A stretch of DNA of 64,000 nucleotides. It comes from Desulfobacteraceae bacterium (GTDB lineage Bacteria > Desulfobacterota > Desulfobacteria > Desulfobacterales > Desulfobacteraceae). The stretch spans positions 52,794 through 116,793 of the forward strand of contig JAWSVI010000003.1 in NCBI GenBank assembly GCA_033851995.1, read 5' to 3'. Position numbers and translations under genes: made by a program. The stretch's first letter is position 1. Every line of letters starts with the position of its first letter. Below the pieces are notes generated by a model. The model did not search any database, was not told the origin of the DNA, and saw only the letters and a program-made list of their open reading frames with translations. Of this stretch, positions 1 to 10,297 are shown piece by piece.

Positions 1-1
1 T

Positions 2-211
2 TTAAAAGGCCTGCACCTCAATGATTCAAAAAAAGCCTATGACTCAAAGGTGGACCGGCATGAAAGCTTAGGAAAAGGAACCCTTGGGATAAAACCCTTT
101 CAACGGATTATGACTTTATCCAGGCTGGATAACATCCCCTTAATCCTTGAAACTCCCAACCCGGAAATATGGGCAGAAGAAATTGCACTTTTAAAAGAAT
201 TCAGCATCTAA
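2..211 (+). CDS. nfo: Endonuclease IV (3' fragment, truncated by window start)
   Basis: Manual translation of frame 2: [11 protein letters not shown]...[10 protein letters not shown]...IPLILETP, the HLNDS / DRH / LETP Zn-binding motifs of EndoIV; TAA at 209-211. Confidence 0.9.
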   Translation, partial: LKGLHLNDSKKAYDSKVDRHESLGKGTLGIKPFQRIMTLSRLDNIPLILETPNPEIWAEEIALLKEFSI

Positions 212-352
212 GTTTTACAAGTTGAAAAATTTAGACTTTTTCTCAAATATTCTAAAAAATTCTGGTATTTTTTAGATATCATATTCCCCGGCCGGATGTC
301 TTTCGGCATCCAACCCTCTGTAATAACATCACTATCCGAATATCCGCTCCAA

Positions 353-368
353 TGGCATGATTCATGCT
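353..368 (+). promoter_or_regulatory. Sigma54 (-24/-12) promoter of the tmc operon
   Basis: TGGCATGATTCATGCT: GG and GC separated by exactly 10 nt, ~40 nt upstream of the first ATG. Confidence 0.7.
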
Positions 369-409
369 CTTAAGGTTTACAGGATAAAACTTCATTTGGT
401 GCATAAAAG

Positions 410-802
410 ATGGGACAGGAAAAAATAGAAGCCAGACAGATCATGATCATCGACAGTGACAAATATGTCAGAGAGTCTTTGAGCACTTTTTTCGGAAATG
501 AACGTCTGAAATTTCTGATTTTCAAATCCGGTAGTGAGGGCTTGAATGCCTTGAAGTACCAGGATATTGATGTAGTCATTGCCGATTATTTCCTGCCGGA
601 CATGGATGGTGTGGCACTGTTAAAACTTGTGGCACTGGAAAAGCCGGGAACGGCAAGAATCCTGATGGCAACCATTACAAATGATGAACTGAGAGATGAT
701 ATATTGAGAAACAAAATAGATGCGTTCATAGAAAAACCCCTGAGTATCGCATCTATTGACAATATTCTTGGGGATATATTCAAAACCGGAGAGACCTCAT
801 GA
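410..802 (+). CDS. Single-domain response regulator (receiver)
   Basis: IMIIDSD...VVIADYFLPDMDG...FIEKP CheY-like motifs. Confidence 0.9.
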   Translation: MGQEKIEARQIMIIDSDKYVRESLSTFFGNERLKFLIFKSGSEGLNALKYQDIDVVIADYFLPDMDGVALLKLVALEKPGTARILMATITNDELRDDILRNKIDAFIEKPLSIASIDNILGDIFKTGETS

Positions 803-2055
803 CAGACAAAACCACATGGGATTGGCAGACAGAAAAAAAACAGATCCCAATAAAGGAATGGCAGGACAACTTCAACTGGGTTCAAGAGCCCTGTGTAAGT
901 CCTGACGGCGAAACCATTGCCGCCATTGTAAACACAGATGAAATGGAGTTTTCAGTTTGCGTAAATGGCGAAAACTGGCCGGACACATTTGAAAAAGTAT
1001 GGTCGCTGCAATACGGGCCGGATGGAAAGCTTGTAGCTCTGATATCCAATGATGAGGAATGGACCGCCTGTATTGATGGTGAATCCTGGGAGACATGGTT
1101 TGATTTCATCTGGGATTTAAAATTCACACCAGATGGTTCCCACATCGGTGCCTCCATACAAAAAGACATGGAATACGGCATGGTGGTCAATGATGTAATG
1201 TGGGAAAATCTTTACCAAAGCATAAATGGCACCGTACTAAGCCCACAGGGGGCATCCGCAGCTGTTGTCCAGGTAATCCCCATGGGCCAGGCAGATACTG
1301 TAACTTATGACGCAGGTATTTTCAGTGCCGCCGTTAACGGAGAAGTCCCTCCGGAAAAATTTATGAACCTCAAAGACATCTGCTTTGACAGCCAGGGGAA
1401 AAAAATTGCCTATGCCATCCGCAAAGACCGCCTGAATTATTCCATGGCTGACAATCACCAGCCATGGGGTTCTGATTTTCAGTTTTCCTGGGGACCCAAA
1501 TTTGTAGATAACGGAAACAGCTTGATTGCCCCGGTTCGCGCAAACGGAAAATGGTTTTTATATAAAGATGATGCAGACTTCTGGAAAAGACCTTTTGAAC
1601 AGATCTGGCATCTGGCTGTTCATGAAGCCACCGGAAAAATTGCAGCCATAGTCTCTGAAAGTTATGGCGTGTGGAAAATCTGCGAAAATAACACCACCCT
1701 GAACTTCCAGTGCGATACCATGATATCCGAACTCTTTTACTCCAAGGACGGTGCGCTGCTTATTGCGCTTTACAAGGACCAGGAAGCCTGGGACATTGCT
1801 GTAAACGGCAAAACCTGGAACCTGGGGGCGGACAAATTGTGGGCACCGGTGATCAGTCCCAACAGCGAGATACTGGCATCAAGAATGGAAAAAGGCGGTC
1901 GTTGGTACCTGGTTGTCAATGGAAAAGTTTACCAGGAAAATTTTGACATGGTCTTTGAGCCGGTAATCAGCCCGGACAACAATAAGATCCTGTTAAAAAC
2001 CTTGAAAAACGGTATTTACTCAAGACAAATACTGCCTTTAGACAGCATTTTATAA
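799..2055 (+). CDS. tmcD: Tmc complex subunit TmcD (Trp-rich beta-propeller-like)
   Basis: Repeated SPDG/W..F repeats, Trp-rich; position directly before tmcC, tmcB, tmcA; ATGA overlap with upstream gene. Confidence 0.8.
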   Translation: MTDKTTWDWQTEKKQIPIKEWQDNFNWVQEPCVSPDGETIAAIVNTDEMEFSVCVNGENWPDTFEKVWSLQYGPDGKLVALISNDEEWTACIDGESWETWFDFIWDLKFTPDGSHIGASIQKDMEYGMVVNDVMWENLYQSINGTVLSPQGASAAVVQVIPMGQADTVTYDAGIFSAAVNGEVPPEKFMNLKDICFDSQGKKIAYAIRKDRLNYSMADNHQPWGSDFQFSWGPKFVDNGNSLIAPVRANGKWFLYKDDADFWKRPFEQIWHLAVHEATGKIAAIVSESYGVWKICENNTTLNFQCDTMISELFYSKDGALLIALYKDQEAWDIAVNGKTWNLGADKLWAPVISPNSEILASRMEKGGRWYLVVNGKVYQENFDMVFEPVISPDNNKILLKTLKNGIYSRQILPLDSIL

Positions 2056-2067
2056 GGGAGAAAAAAT

Positions 2068-2727
2068 ATGCACGCCTTTATTGAATTTATTATGGGCCCA
2101 ATGGTCTGGATTTCATTTGGAATCTTTTCTTTGGGAATTCTTTTCAGACTTTTCCGGATCTATTCCCAGACCCGGGAAAAAGAAAATTTTATGTTCACTT
2201 ACCTGTCATTCAAATACGGGTTCAGATCCATTTTAGCCTGGCTGGTTCCGTTCCTGCCGGTCAGCACCAGAAAAAGCCCGGTCTTCTGGGGTGTTTCCTA
2301 TCTTTTTCATGTCCTCCTTTTTCTGGCTCCCATTTTCTTACTTGCCCATGTGGCCCTGCTGGAAGAATCTCTGGGCTTGTCCTGGATAACGCTGAATGAC
2401 ACAGTTGCTGACATCTTTACTGTGGTTGTTATCCTGGCTCTGATCTTTTTTGTTGTCCGGCGCTTCACAGTCCCGGAAGTCAAATTTTTAACAACAGCAT
2501 CTGATTTTCTTTTCATCGGACTGGTAGCACTTCCTTTTATCAGCGGCTTTCTGGCTTATCACCAGTTTTTTGCCTACCAGTGGATGGTCATCATCCACGT
2601 GATATCCGGAGAACTGATGCTTATTTTAGTCCCGTTTACAAGATTCTTTCACATGGTCATGGCACCACTGACCCGGGCCTATACCGGCTCTGAATTCGGC
2701 TATATCCGAAAAGCCAAAGACTGGTAA
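2068..2727 (+). CDS. tmcC: Tmc complex membrane cytochrome b subunit (NarI-like)
   Basis: 5 hydrophobic helices with conserved His (LFHV, LAHV, IIHV, FFHM), PFTRFFHM motif of NarI/DsrM family. Confidence 0.85.
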   Translation: MHAFIEFIMGPMVWISFGIFSLGILFRLFRIYSQTREKENFMFTYLSFKYGFRSILAWLVPFLPVSTRKSPVFWGVSYLFHVLLFLAPIFLLAHVALLEESLGLSWITLNDTVADIFTVVVILALIFFVVRRFTVPEVKFLTTASDFLFIGLVALPFISGFLAYHQFFAYQWMVIIHVISGELMLILVPFTRFFHMVMAPLTRAYTGSEFGYIRKAKDW

Positions 2728-2755
2728 ATAATTCCGATTAATCAAGGAGAGATTC

Positions 2756-4114
2756 ATGCAGGATACAGAAATAAAAGATAATAACTTAACATCAGACCAG
2801 ATGGAAGTGGTTGACGATGGTGTGGAAGCCGGCCTGGCCAAACTGACTCCGGAAAAAATTGCCCAGGTCATCAACCAGGTATTGGACAAAGAAACCGGTC
2901 CCCGGTTTAAAGCCTATATTGATACATGCATGCGGTGCGGCCTCTGCGCCGACGCCTGCAGCATTTTTCTTTCCAATGACAGGCACCCCAGGTTTTCTCC
3001 CGCGGCAAAAGTCAAACTGACTCTTTTGGAAATGATTAACAAAAAAGGACAGGTCTCCAAAGATTTCTTAAGGGATACCGTAAGGATCTGTCACACGGAA
3101 TGCAATGTTTGCAAACGCTGTTCCATGTACTGCCCGTTTGGCATTGATATCGCTTATATGATGCTCACGGTCCGCAGGATCTGCCATAAGCTGGAAATCA
3201 CCCCACTCTACATCCAGGATACAGTTAATTCCCATGCTGCCACTGCAAACCAGATGTGGGTTAAAGAAGACGAATGGATTGACACCCTTCAATGGCAGGA
3301 AGAAGATGCCAGGGAAGAGTTTGAGGACCTTCAGATTCCATTGGACAAAGACGGAGCAGATATCATGTATTCAGTCATAGCGCCGGAACCCAAATTCCAG
3401 GCGGGTTTGATCTATCAGACCGCCGCAATGATGCATGCTGCCGGGATGAACTGGACCATGCCCTCTTTTCCGGGCTGGGACAACAGCAACATGGCCATGT
3501 ACACCGGTGATTTTGAAACCTCCGGCCAGATTGCCCAGATGCACTATGAAGCAGCAGCAAAACTGCATGTCAAAAGAATTGTCATGGGCGAATGCGGCCA
3601 CGCCTTCCGCTCAGTCTATGATGTCGGAAACCGATGGGTGGGATGGACAAAACCGCCGTTTGAGCTGGTGCATGCCATTGATTTCTTTCACGAACTGCTG
3701 ACAAGCGGCAGGATTATAGTCAAAGAAAAATATAAAAAGACCGTGACCCTCCATGATCCATGCAACGTTATGCGAGGCCGGGGGCTTTGTGAAAAAGCAC
3801 GGGTCCTGACCAACATGCTGTGTGAATCTTTTGTGGAAATGACGCCCAACCGGGAACACAACTACTGCTGTGGAGCCGGGGGCGGAGTCATCAACTGCGG
3901 ACCACCATGGAAAGGCACCCGGATGGTGAACAACAAAGAAAAAGCAAAGCAGCTTAAAGCCACTGGCGCAGAAGTGCTCATTGCACCCTGTCACAACTGC
4001 CATTCAGGCCTTGAAGATATCAATGAACATTATGAATTAGGCATGGAAATAAAATTCTTTGGAGATATCATTTTTGAAATCATGGAAAAAACCATTTACC
4101 AGGGAGGCAAATAA
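2756..4114 (+). CDS. tmcB: Tmc complex Fe-S subunit (HdrD/DsrK-like, CCG domain)
   Basis: CMRCGLCADAC and CNVCKRCSMYCP ferredoxin motifs plus ECGH, HDPC, CCGAGGG, PCHNC. Confidence 0.88.
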   Translation: MQDTEIKDNNLTSDQMEVVDDGVEAGLAKLTPEKIAQVINQVLDKETGPRFKAYIDTCMRCGLCADACSIFLSNDRHPRFSPAAKVKLTLLEMINKKGQVSKDFLRDTVRICHTECNVCKRCSMYCPFGIDIAYMMLTVRRICHKLEITPLYIQDTVNSHAATANQMWVKEDEWIDTLQWQEEDAREEFEDLQIPLDKDGADIMYSVIAPEPKFQAGLIYQTAAMMHAAGMNWTMPSFPGWDNSNMAMYTGDFETSGQIAQMHYEAAAKLHVKRIVMGECGHAFRSVYDVGNRWVGWTKPPFELVHAIDFFHELLTSGRIIVKEKYKKTVTLHDPCNVMRGRGLCEKARVLTNMLCESFVEMTPNREHNYCCGAGGGVINCGPPWKGTRMVNNKEKAKQLKATGAEVLIAPCHNCHSGLEDINEHYELGMEIKFFGDIIFEIMEKTIYQGGK

Positions 4115-4115
4115 A

Positions 4116-4520
4116 ATGAAGTTTCAACGTTTGCTGACAATTGCGGTTTTCATCCTCCTTGCTGCCCTTTTGTGCACCACTGTTTACTCCCAGGACGATG
4201 AAGAAATTATCAGAATGGATAACAGTGCTTTTGAAACTCCCCAGCGGCCGGGAGCTGTTTTTGATCATGACACCCACAATGAAATTGCTGAACTGGAAGA
4301 TGACTGTTCAGTCTGCCATCATGTATACGAAGATGGAAAAATTGTTGAAGATGAAAGCTCGGAAGACACCCCATGCGGAGACTGCCATGGATTAAAAAAG
4401 AGCCCTGACAACAGCACCCCTCTGCGAAAAGCATTCCATAAGCGTTGCAGAGATTGTCATTTTGAGTCAAAAAAGGGTCCGGTTTTATGCGGAGAATGCC
4501 ATATTAAAGAAGGGAGGTAG
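4116..4520 (+). CDS. tmcA: Acidic tetraheme cytochrome c3 (TmcA)
   Basis: Signal peptide from ATG 4116, four CxxCH motifs (CSVCH, CGDCH, CRDCH, CGECH), acidic composition. Confidence 0.9.
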   Translation: MKFQRLLTIAVFILLAALLCTTVYSQDDEEIIRMDNSAFETPQRPGAVFDHDTHNEIAELEDDCSVCHHVYEDGKIVEDESSEDTPCGDCHGLKKSPDNSTPLRKAFHKRCRDCHFESKKGPVLCGECHIKEGR

Positions 4521-4522
4521 CT

Positions 4523-4876
4523 ATGACAAAAAAAATAATGATCGTGGATGACGACCCGGCCATTACCAAATACCTGGATGCTTTATTCACAGATAACGGA
4601 TACGAGACCTGTGTTGCAACGGATGGAAAAGTTGCCTTTGATATATACAAAGATGAAAATCCTGACCTGATCACCCTTGATCTGGAAATGCCGGAAGAAT
4701 GGGGACCGCGTTTTTATCGTAAAATAAGCAAAGCCAAAGATTTCAAAACCCCGGTGATTGTCATCAGCGGGCTGTCAGGGATTAAATACTCCATCCCTAA
4801 ATCAGCCGCAACGTTCAGCAAGCCGTTTGAAGCTGATAAAGTGCTTGCCAAGGTAAAAGAAATTCTTGGCGGATAA
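4523..4876 (+). CDS. Single-domain response regulator (DivK-like)
   Basis: IMIVDDD...LITLDLEMP...KPF receiver motifs. Confidence 0.9.
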   Translation: MTKKIMIVDDDPAITKYLDALFTDNGYETCVATDGKVAFDIYKDENPDLITLDLEMPEEWGPRFYRKISKAKDFKTPVIVISGLSGIKYSIPKSAATFSKPFEADKVLAKVKEILGG

Positions 4877-4893
4877 ACAAAAAGGCAGCATAT

Positions 4894-7194
4894 ATGAATA
4901 GGCCTTTAATCAAAATAAAGAAACTGGCTATCAAGCTGATGCTTATTTTAGGCGTCACGCTTTTTGCCAGTCTCTTTATTTGGTCCTTTTTCACCATTAA
5001 AGTCCAGAAAAAGGCTTTATTTGAAAAAAAGGTTTCAGATGTGGATAAATTCTGCAACACCGTTCTGAATTTCACCATGTTTGCGATGTTCCACAGTCCC
5101 AATGAAGATATGCTGGACGTTCTCAAGAACCTGTCTGAATATAACAAAATTGAACGACTCAGAATGTTTAACACCCAGGGGCAGGTCAAATTTTCAAACA
5201 ATCTGGAGGAGATAAACACATACACACACATTTCAGATGTGGCTTGTAAAACCTGCCATTTAGGACCAACACCGGTAATGAAAAAAAATATCCGTGACCG
5301 GATCAGGATATTCAAATCTGAGCAGGATGAACTCCAACTTGGTATTATCAGCCCAATATTGAATGAAGAAGGATGCTCTTCTGCAGCCTGTCATTACCAC
5401 CCTGCAGATGTTAAAGTCCTGGGCACTCTGGATGTGGTTGTTTCGCTGGAAGGAATTAATGCCGAAATCGGACTGCTGAAGAAGCTGTCAGTCGGGACCT
5501 CTGTCTACCTGTTTGTTATTCTCGGCCTCACAGTCTTTCTTTCCATTTTCAAACTGGTTTCAAGCCCTATCCGCCAGCTGATCAGTCATACCAACCAGAT
5601 TGGAAAAGGCAAATATAAATATCACTTCAACCGGCTTCCCCAGAACGACGAAATAGGCAGATTATCACACGCCATCCATGACATGGGGAAAAAAATCCAA
5701 GCCAAACAGGATGAACTCAACCGGCAGAAAGATATGTACCAGAATCTTTTTGACCAGGTCCCCTGCAGTATTACGGTCCAGGACAGGGATTATAAACTTC
5801 TTGAATTCAACAAAGAATTTTCAAGAAAATTTAATCCTGAATACGGCCAGCACTGTTTTACTGCTTATAAAAAATTAGATAAAAAATGTGTGGACTGCCC
5901 AGTGGAAAGAACCTTTGTCGACGGCAGTTACCATTTCAGTGAAGAATCCGGCATCAATAAAGACGGCAGTGTTGGCCACTGGTTTGTAAAAACCGCACCG
6001 TTAAAAGATGAAAACGGTAATATTGTGGCGGCCATGGAAATGAGCATTGATATATCCAGACGGAAAAAACTTGAAAAAACGGCTAAAGAATCAGAAGAAA
6101 GATACCAGGCCATTTTCAAGAGCATACCCAATCCGGTTTTTATCCTCAATATCAACACCCTCGAGATTATCGACTGTAACAACAGTGCTTCAAATGTATA
6201 TGGTTACAAAAAATTTGAACTCATCGGCCGTTTGTTTGAAGATCTGTTCACTTCGACGGAAAAATTCGATGATTTTAGAAATAAAATTTCAACCTCGTTT
6301 CATGAAAAACTGATTCACTGCAAAAAGGATCAAACCCGGCTCTATGTGAATGCATGGGTTACCCCTGCTGACTTTACGAACCAAAAAATTCTCCTGGTCA
6401 CGGTAATGGATATTACCATATCAGTGGAAACCCAGCAGCAGTTGATTCAGGCAGGGAAAATGGCCACCCTGGGAGAAATGGCAACCGGCGTTGCCCATGA
6501 ACTGAACCAGCCCTTATCTGTAATAAAAACGGCTTCCAGTTTTATCTCCCGGAAAATTGACAGGGAAGAAAACATTGAGACGGATATTCTTGCCACCCTT
6601 TCCAATGAGATTGAAACCCATGTGGACAGGGCATCTAAAATCACCAGCCACATGCGCCTGTTCGGCAGAAAATCTGTTTTGTCCAAAGAAGCCCTGAATA
6701 TAAATAACATCATTAAAAGTGCATTTGATATTTTCAGCCAACAGCTCAAACTCAGGGAAATTGAGGTCCTGTGGAACCTTGATGAAAATCTGCCCAGGAT
6801 CATGGCAGACCCTGTCCGCCTGGAGCAGGTTTTCATAAATCTGCTGATCAATGCCAGGGATTCCATTGTGACCCGATGCAAGGATGAAGAAAGCCGGAAT
6901 TCTATAGAGCCGGACGAAAAAAACAGACGAATCACCATCTCAACCCTATACAAAATGGAACAGGTAACTGCGACCATATCGGATACAGGTACTGGAATAT
7001 CAAAAGAACATATTGATAAAATTTTCGAACCTTTCTTTACAACCAAAAAAGTGGGTATGGGAACCGGATTAGGACTCTCCATCAGTTATGGAATTATAAA
7101 AGAGTCTGGCGGGGATATCAGCGTAAAGAACAATGAAGGCCGTGGTGTGACCTTTGTCATCGCGTTCAGGACAGCAAAGGATACTCCCAAATGA
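4894..7194 (+). CDS. Membrane sensor histidine kinase (periplasmic CxxCH domain, HAMP, 2 PAS, HisKA, HATPase)
   Basis: Two TM helices, HAMP (DEIGRL), H-box GVAHELNQP, N/G boxes (DTGTGI, GTGLGL). Confidence 0.92.
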   Translation: MNRPLIKIKKLAIKLMLILGVTLFASLFIWSFFTIKVQKKALFEKKVSDVDKFCNTVLNFTMFAMFHSPNEDMLDVLKNLSEYNKIERLRMFNTQGQVKFSNNLEEINTYTHISDVACKTCHLGPTPVMKKNIRDRIRIFKSEQDELQLGIISPILNEEGCSSAACHYHPADVKVLGTLDVVVSLEGINAEIGLLKKLSVGTSVYLFVILGLTVFLSIFKLVSSPIRQLISHTNQIGKGKYKYHFNRLPQNDEIGRLSHAIHDMGKKIQAKQDELNRQKDMYQNLFDQVPCSITVQDRDYKLLEFNKEFSRKFNPEYGQHCFTAYKKLDKKCVDCPVERTFVDGSYHFSEESGINKDGSVGHWFVKTAPLKDENGNIVAAMEMSIDISRRKKLEKTAKESEERYQAIFKSIPNPVFILNINTLEIIDCNNSASNVYGYKKFELIGRLFEDLFTSTEKFDDFRNKISTSFHEKLIHCKKDQTRLYVNAWVTPADFTNQKILLVTVMDITISVETQQQLIQAGKMATLGEMATGVAHELNQPLSVIKTASSFISRKIDREENIETDILATLSNEIETHVDRASKITSHMRLFGRKSVLSKEALNINNIIKSAFDIFSQQLKLREIEVLWNLDENLPRIMADPVRLEQVFINLLINARDSIVTRCKDEESRNSIEPDEKNRRITISTLYKMEQVTATISDTGTGISKEHIDKIFEPFFTTKKVGMGTGLGLSISYGIIKESGGDISVKNNEGRGVTFVIAFRTAKDTPK

Positions 7195-8360
7195 AAAAAA
7201 AGAGCATACATAAGCCGAAAATACTGATCATTGATGATGAAAAAGGCATCAGGACAGTTTTAAAAATCACCCTTGAATCATCCGGCTATGATGTTGACCT
7301 TGCAGCAGATGGAGATTCCGGGCTGAAAAGTTTCAAAAACGAAAATCCGGATATCGTTATCACCGATATAAAAATGCCCGGTATTGACGGGATTGAACTG
7401 CTGAAAAGAATTAAGAACATTCGCCCGGAAACCGAGGTCATTGTGATTACCGGCCATGGGGATATGGATCTGGCAGTCCAGAGCCTCCAGTATGAGGCAG
7501 CTGACTTTATCACCAAACCCATTGATATAGACGTACTTGAATCTGCTATAAAAAAAGTTGAAGACCGGATTTCCATTTCCAGGAACATCAAGCAGTACAT
7601 GGACGATCTTGAACTCCTTGTGGAGGAAAAAGATAAAAAAATCAATGAATCAGAAAAACTGATCACCATCGGCCAGAGCATTGCAGGCATGTCCCATGCC
7701 ATCAAGAACATTGCCGGCGGCCTTAAAGGAGGGGCTTTTGTCCTGGAACAGGGCATTGACCAGGAAAACAGGGAATACCTGAAAAAGGGATGGGAGATGA
7801 TGAAAGGCAACATCGATAAAATCACCAAGCTCTCCCTGGACCTGCTCAATTATGCAAAAACCACCACTCTTGATTTTAAAGACGAAAACCCCAACACCCC
7901 GGCCCGGGAAATCATGCAGCTGATGACGCACCAGGCTAAAGCGCTGGGCATTGAATTCAAACTAAGCCCGTGCAAGGAAAAGCAGCTTGTTTTAATGGAT
8001 GCCGAAGCAATTCATAACTGCCTTTTAACTCTTGTAACCAATGCATTTGATGCCGTTGACTCCCTTGAAAATGTTGCCCCCGAAAATAAAGACAGACAAA
8101 AAAAAGTCCGCCTCCAGGTCAACAACACCGGCAGCATGATAGAATACACGGTTCAGGACACCGGCTGCGGCATCAAACAGGCAATAAAAGATATTGTTTT
8201 CAATGACTTTATCACCACTAAAGGTATGAATGGAACCGGTTTTGGCCTGATGACCACCAAAAAAATAATTGAAGAACATAAAGGCCGGGTCAGCTTTAAC
8301 ACTCAAGAAAATGGCGGAACTGAATTCATTATTCAGATTCCATTAAGACGCAGCATATAA
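7191..8360 (+). CDS. Hybrid receiver-histidine kinase
   Basis: N-terminal receiver (ITDIKMPG), H-box GMSHAIKN, DTGCG and GTGFGL boxes. Confidence 0.9.
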   Translation: MKKKSIHKPKILIIDDEKGIRTVLKITLESSGYDVDLAADGDSGLKSFKNENPDIVITDIKMPGIDGIELLKRIKNIRPETEVIVITGHGDMDLAVQSLQYEAADFITKPIDIDVLESAIKKVEDRISISRNIKQYMDDLELLVEEKDKKINESEKLITIGQSIAGMSHAIKNIAGGLKGGAFVLEQGIDQENREYLKKGWEMMKGNIDKITKLSLDLLNYAKTTTLDFKDENPNTPAREIMQLMTHQAKALGIEFKLSPCKEKQLVLMDAEAIHNCLLTLVTNAFDAVDSLENVAPENKDRQKKVRLQVNNTGSMIEYTVQDTGCGIKQAIKDIVFNDFITTKGMNGTGFGLMTTKKIIEEHKGRVSFNTQENGGTEFIIQIPLRRSI

Positions 8361-8379
8361 AAAGAGGCAAAATCAAACC

Positions 8380-8916
8380 ATGGAAAAAGTCTGCATACAT
8401 AACGACGGGATGATAACCAAAAAGGGGAAACCTGTCCGTGGAACTGCCTTGAAGCTGCTGGGGGACACCATTAAATTTGGTCCTGGTTTTACCCTGGGAT
8501 CTTTTTTCCTGGCCATGGAAAACTATCCGGAAATCAAGGAGACATCCGATCTTCTGGAACCGATTCTGGAAATCGTGCGGAATGCGCCTTCACCTGAATA
8601 TAAAACAGATGAAATCGACAAGCTTATATTTTACAAAATCATTGAAATAAAAGGCTTTCCCGGGCCACCGGCCCTGAATATCTATAACACCTTAAAAGGC
8701 CAGGTTAAAGGCCAGGTTAAAGATTTGAAGTTTTTCCATATAGAAACCCTGCTGGGTCATCAACTCAGCCTGGGGCAATTAAAGCATATCGTTTTTGGAG
8801 ATAGGGAGGACATGCTTCAATATGATACCCATTACACCCTTTTTGAACTGGTGGATAGTATTGTTTGGGAGTTGTCCTTTAATTTTAACCCTTTGGAATG
8901 TTCCATTAGGAGGTAA
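8380..8916 (+). CDS. Hypothetical protein
   Basis: 178 aa ORF filling the gap in a tightly packed operon; no recognised motif. Confidence 0.75.
   Translation: MEKVCIHNDGMITKKGKPVRGTALKLLGDTIKFGPGFTLGSFFLAMENYPEIKETSDLLEPILEIVRNAPSPEYKTDEIDKLIFYKIIEIKGFPGPPALNIYNTLKGQVKGQVKDLKFFHIETLLGHQLSLGQLKHIVFGDREDMLQYDTHYTLFELVDSIVWELSFNFNPLECSIRR
8695..8722 (+). repeat. 12-bp in-frame tandem duplication (AAAGGCCAGGTT x2 plus partial)
   Basis: Seen directly; encodes KGQVKGQVK. Confidence 0.8.
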
Positions 8917-8918
8917 CC

Positions 8919-9833
8919 ATGTTTAAAAAAATACTTTTTGCCACAACGGCATCCCCAGCCTGTGATGCTGCCGCGAAAATCGCATTTGAACTTGCAGAAA
9001 AATATGAATCTGAATTAGTTTTGTTCCATACCTATGGTGTACCCAGCCACGGGAGCAGTTTTTCTGTTACAGACTACGTAACAGGTGAAGAAGCAAGCGC
9101 AGGCGCTGACTATATTGACTGGGTCAAAGAAGAAATGAAAAACACCTATGACACCCTCATTCAAAAACACGGGGAACCGACATTTGAAGTTCTCGCAGGA
9201 ATTCCCTCCACCGAAATCCTGCGCTATGCAAGAAATGAAGGTGTTGACTGTATTATAATGGGTGCCCACACCAGGGAAGATGAAACAGAATCAGCACGGT
9301 TCCGTGGAATTGTAGGTACCACCATGCAGAAAGTAGCCCAGAGAGCCAGATGCCCAGTCCTGATTATCAGCAGACCCTGTGAAACCTGTTTCTGGTATTT
9401 TAACAAAATTATATTTGGAACGGATTTCTCAAAAGCATCCCTGTCAGCCTTCCAGTTTGCTTTTAAAATGGCTGAAAATATTGGCTGCAAGCTTTATCTT
9501 TTTCATGCCGTGGATATTGATGCCACACAGGCAGGTATTTCTCCAGGCCAGAAATCCATTGAAGCTAAAATAAAAATTGCCAGAGAGAAAATCGAAAAAG
9601 AATATGTCTCCAAAATGGGAGATTTTGACAATTATGAAATTGCCATATGGGAGGGAATTCCCTATGTAGAACTGCTCAAGTTCACCCGCGAGACCAGTGG
9701 GGATCTGGTGGTTATGGCCCATCATACCAGGGAAGTTGATCCGGATGAGGCCCTTTTGGGTACCACTGTAGAGCAGGTAGTATTGCGATCGGCATGTCCT
9801 GTGGCCAGTGTAAACCGGCCGGACAAATTGTAA
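8919..9833 (+). CDS. Tandem-domain universal stress protein
   Basis: Two USP domains (ILFATTAS...IIMGAH...RCPVL; IIFGTDFS...VVMAHH...CPV). Confidence 0.9.
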   Translation: MFKKILFATTASPACDAAAKIAFELAEKYESELVLFHTYGVPSHGSSFSVTDYVTGEEASAGADYIDWVKEEMKNTYDTLIQKHGEPTFEVLAGIPSTEILRYARNEGVDCIIMGAHTREDETESARFRGIVGTTMQKVAQRARCPVLIISRPCETCFWYFNKIIFGTDFSKASLSAFQFAFKMAENIGCKLYLFHAVDIDATQAGISPGQKSIEAKIKIAREKIEKEYVSKMGDFDNYEIAIWEGIPYVELLKFTRETSGDLVVMAHHTREVDPDEALLGTTVEQVVLRSACPVASVNRPDKL

Positions 9834-9846
9834 ACATGCAAAAAAA

Positions 9847-10257
9847 ATGAACCAGGAGGAAAGTAAAACCAGGGTTCTGATTGTTGATGATGAAGCGCAG
9901 ATGCGATTTTACCTGATGACACTTGTCAAATCTCTGGGTTTTGAACCAATCCTTACAAAGGACGGTGTCCAAGGCCTTGCAGAACTGAAAAGGGTAAAAC
10001 CTTCTGCCATTATTCTGGATATCATGATGCCCAACAAAGGCGGTGCCCGGTTCTACCAGGAATTTTTACAAGAACCGGACTGGCAGGATGTCCCTGTTGT
10101 TTTCTTCTCAGGGGTTGATCGCAACGCATTTTTTCATTATATAAAGATGCTTAATATCAAAGAAAAACATAACATTCCTGAGCCGGAATATTATGTTGCA
10201 AAAGATGCTGACCCGGAATATCTGAAAACGGTTGTAAAAGAATGCATTAAGAAATAA
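9847..10257 (+). CDS. Single-domain response regulator
   Basis: VLIVDDE...IILDIMMP receiver motifs. Confidence 0.9.
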   Translation: MNQEESKTRVLIVDDEAQMRFYLMTLVKSLGFEPILTKDGVQGLAELKRVKPSAIILDIMMPNKGGARFYQEFLQEPDWQDVPVVFFSGVDRNAFFHYIKMLNIKEKHNIPEPEYYVAKDADPEYLKTVVKECIKK

Positions 10258-10297
10258 AACATCCTGAATCGGGATAACCAGCAGGAGAGACATCATC

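Noticed and set aside
8695-8722. 12-bp tandem repeat as a contingency locus
   Set aside because: Only two copies and frame-preserving; likely a neutral duplication
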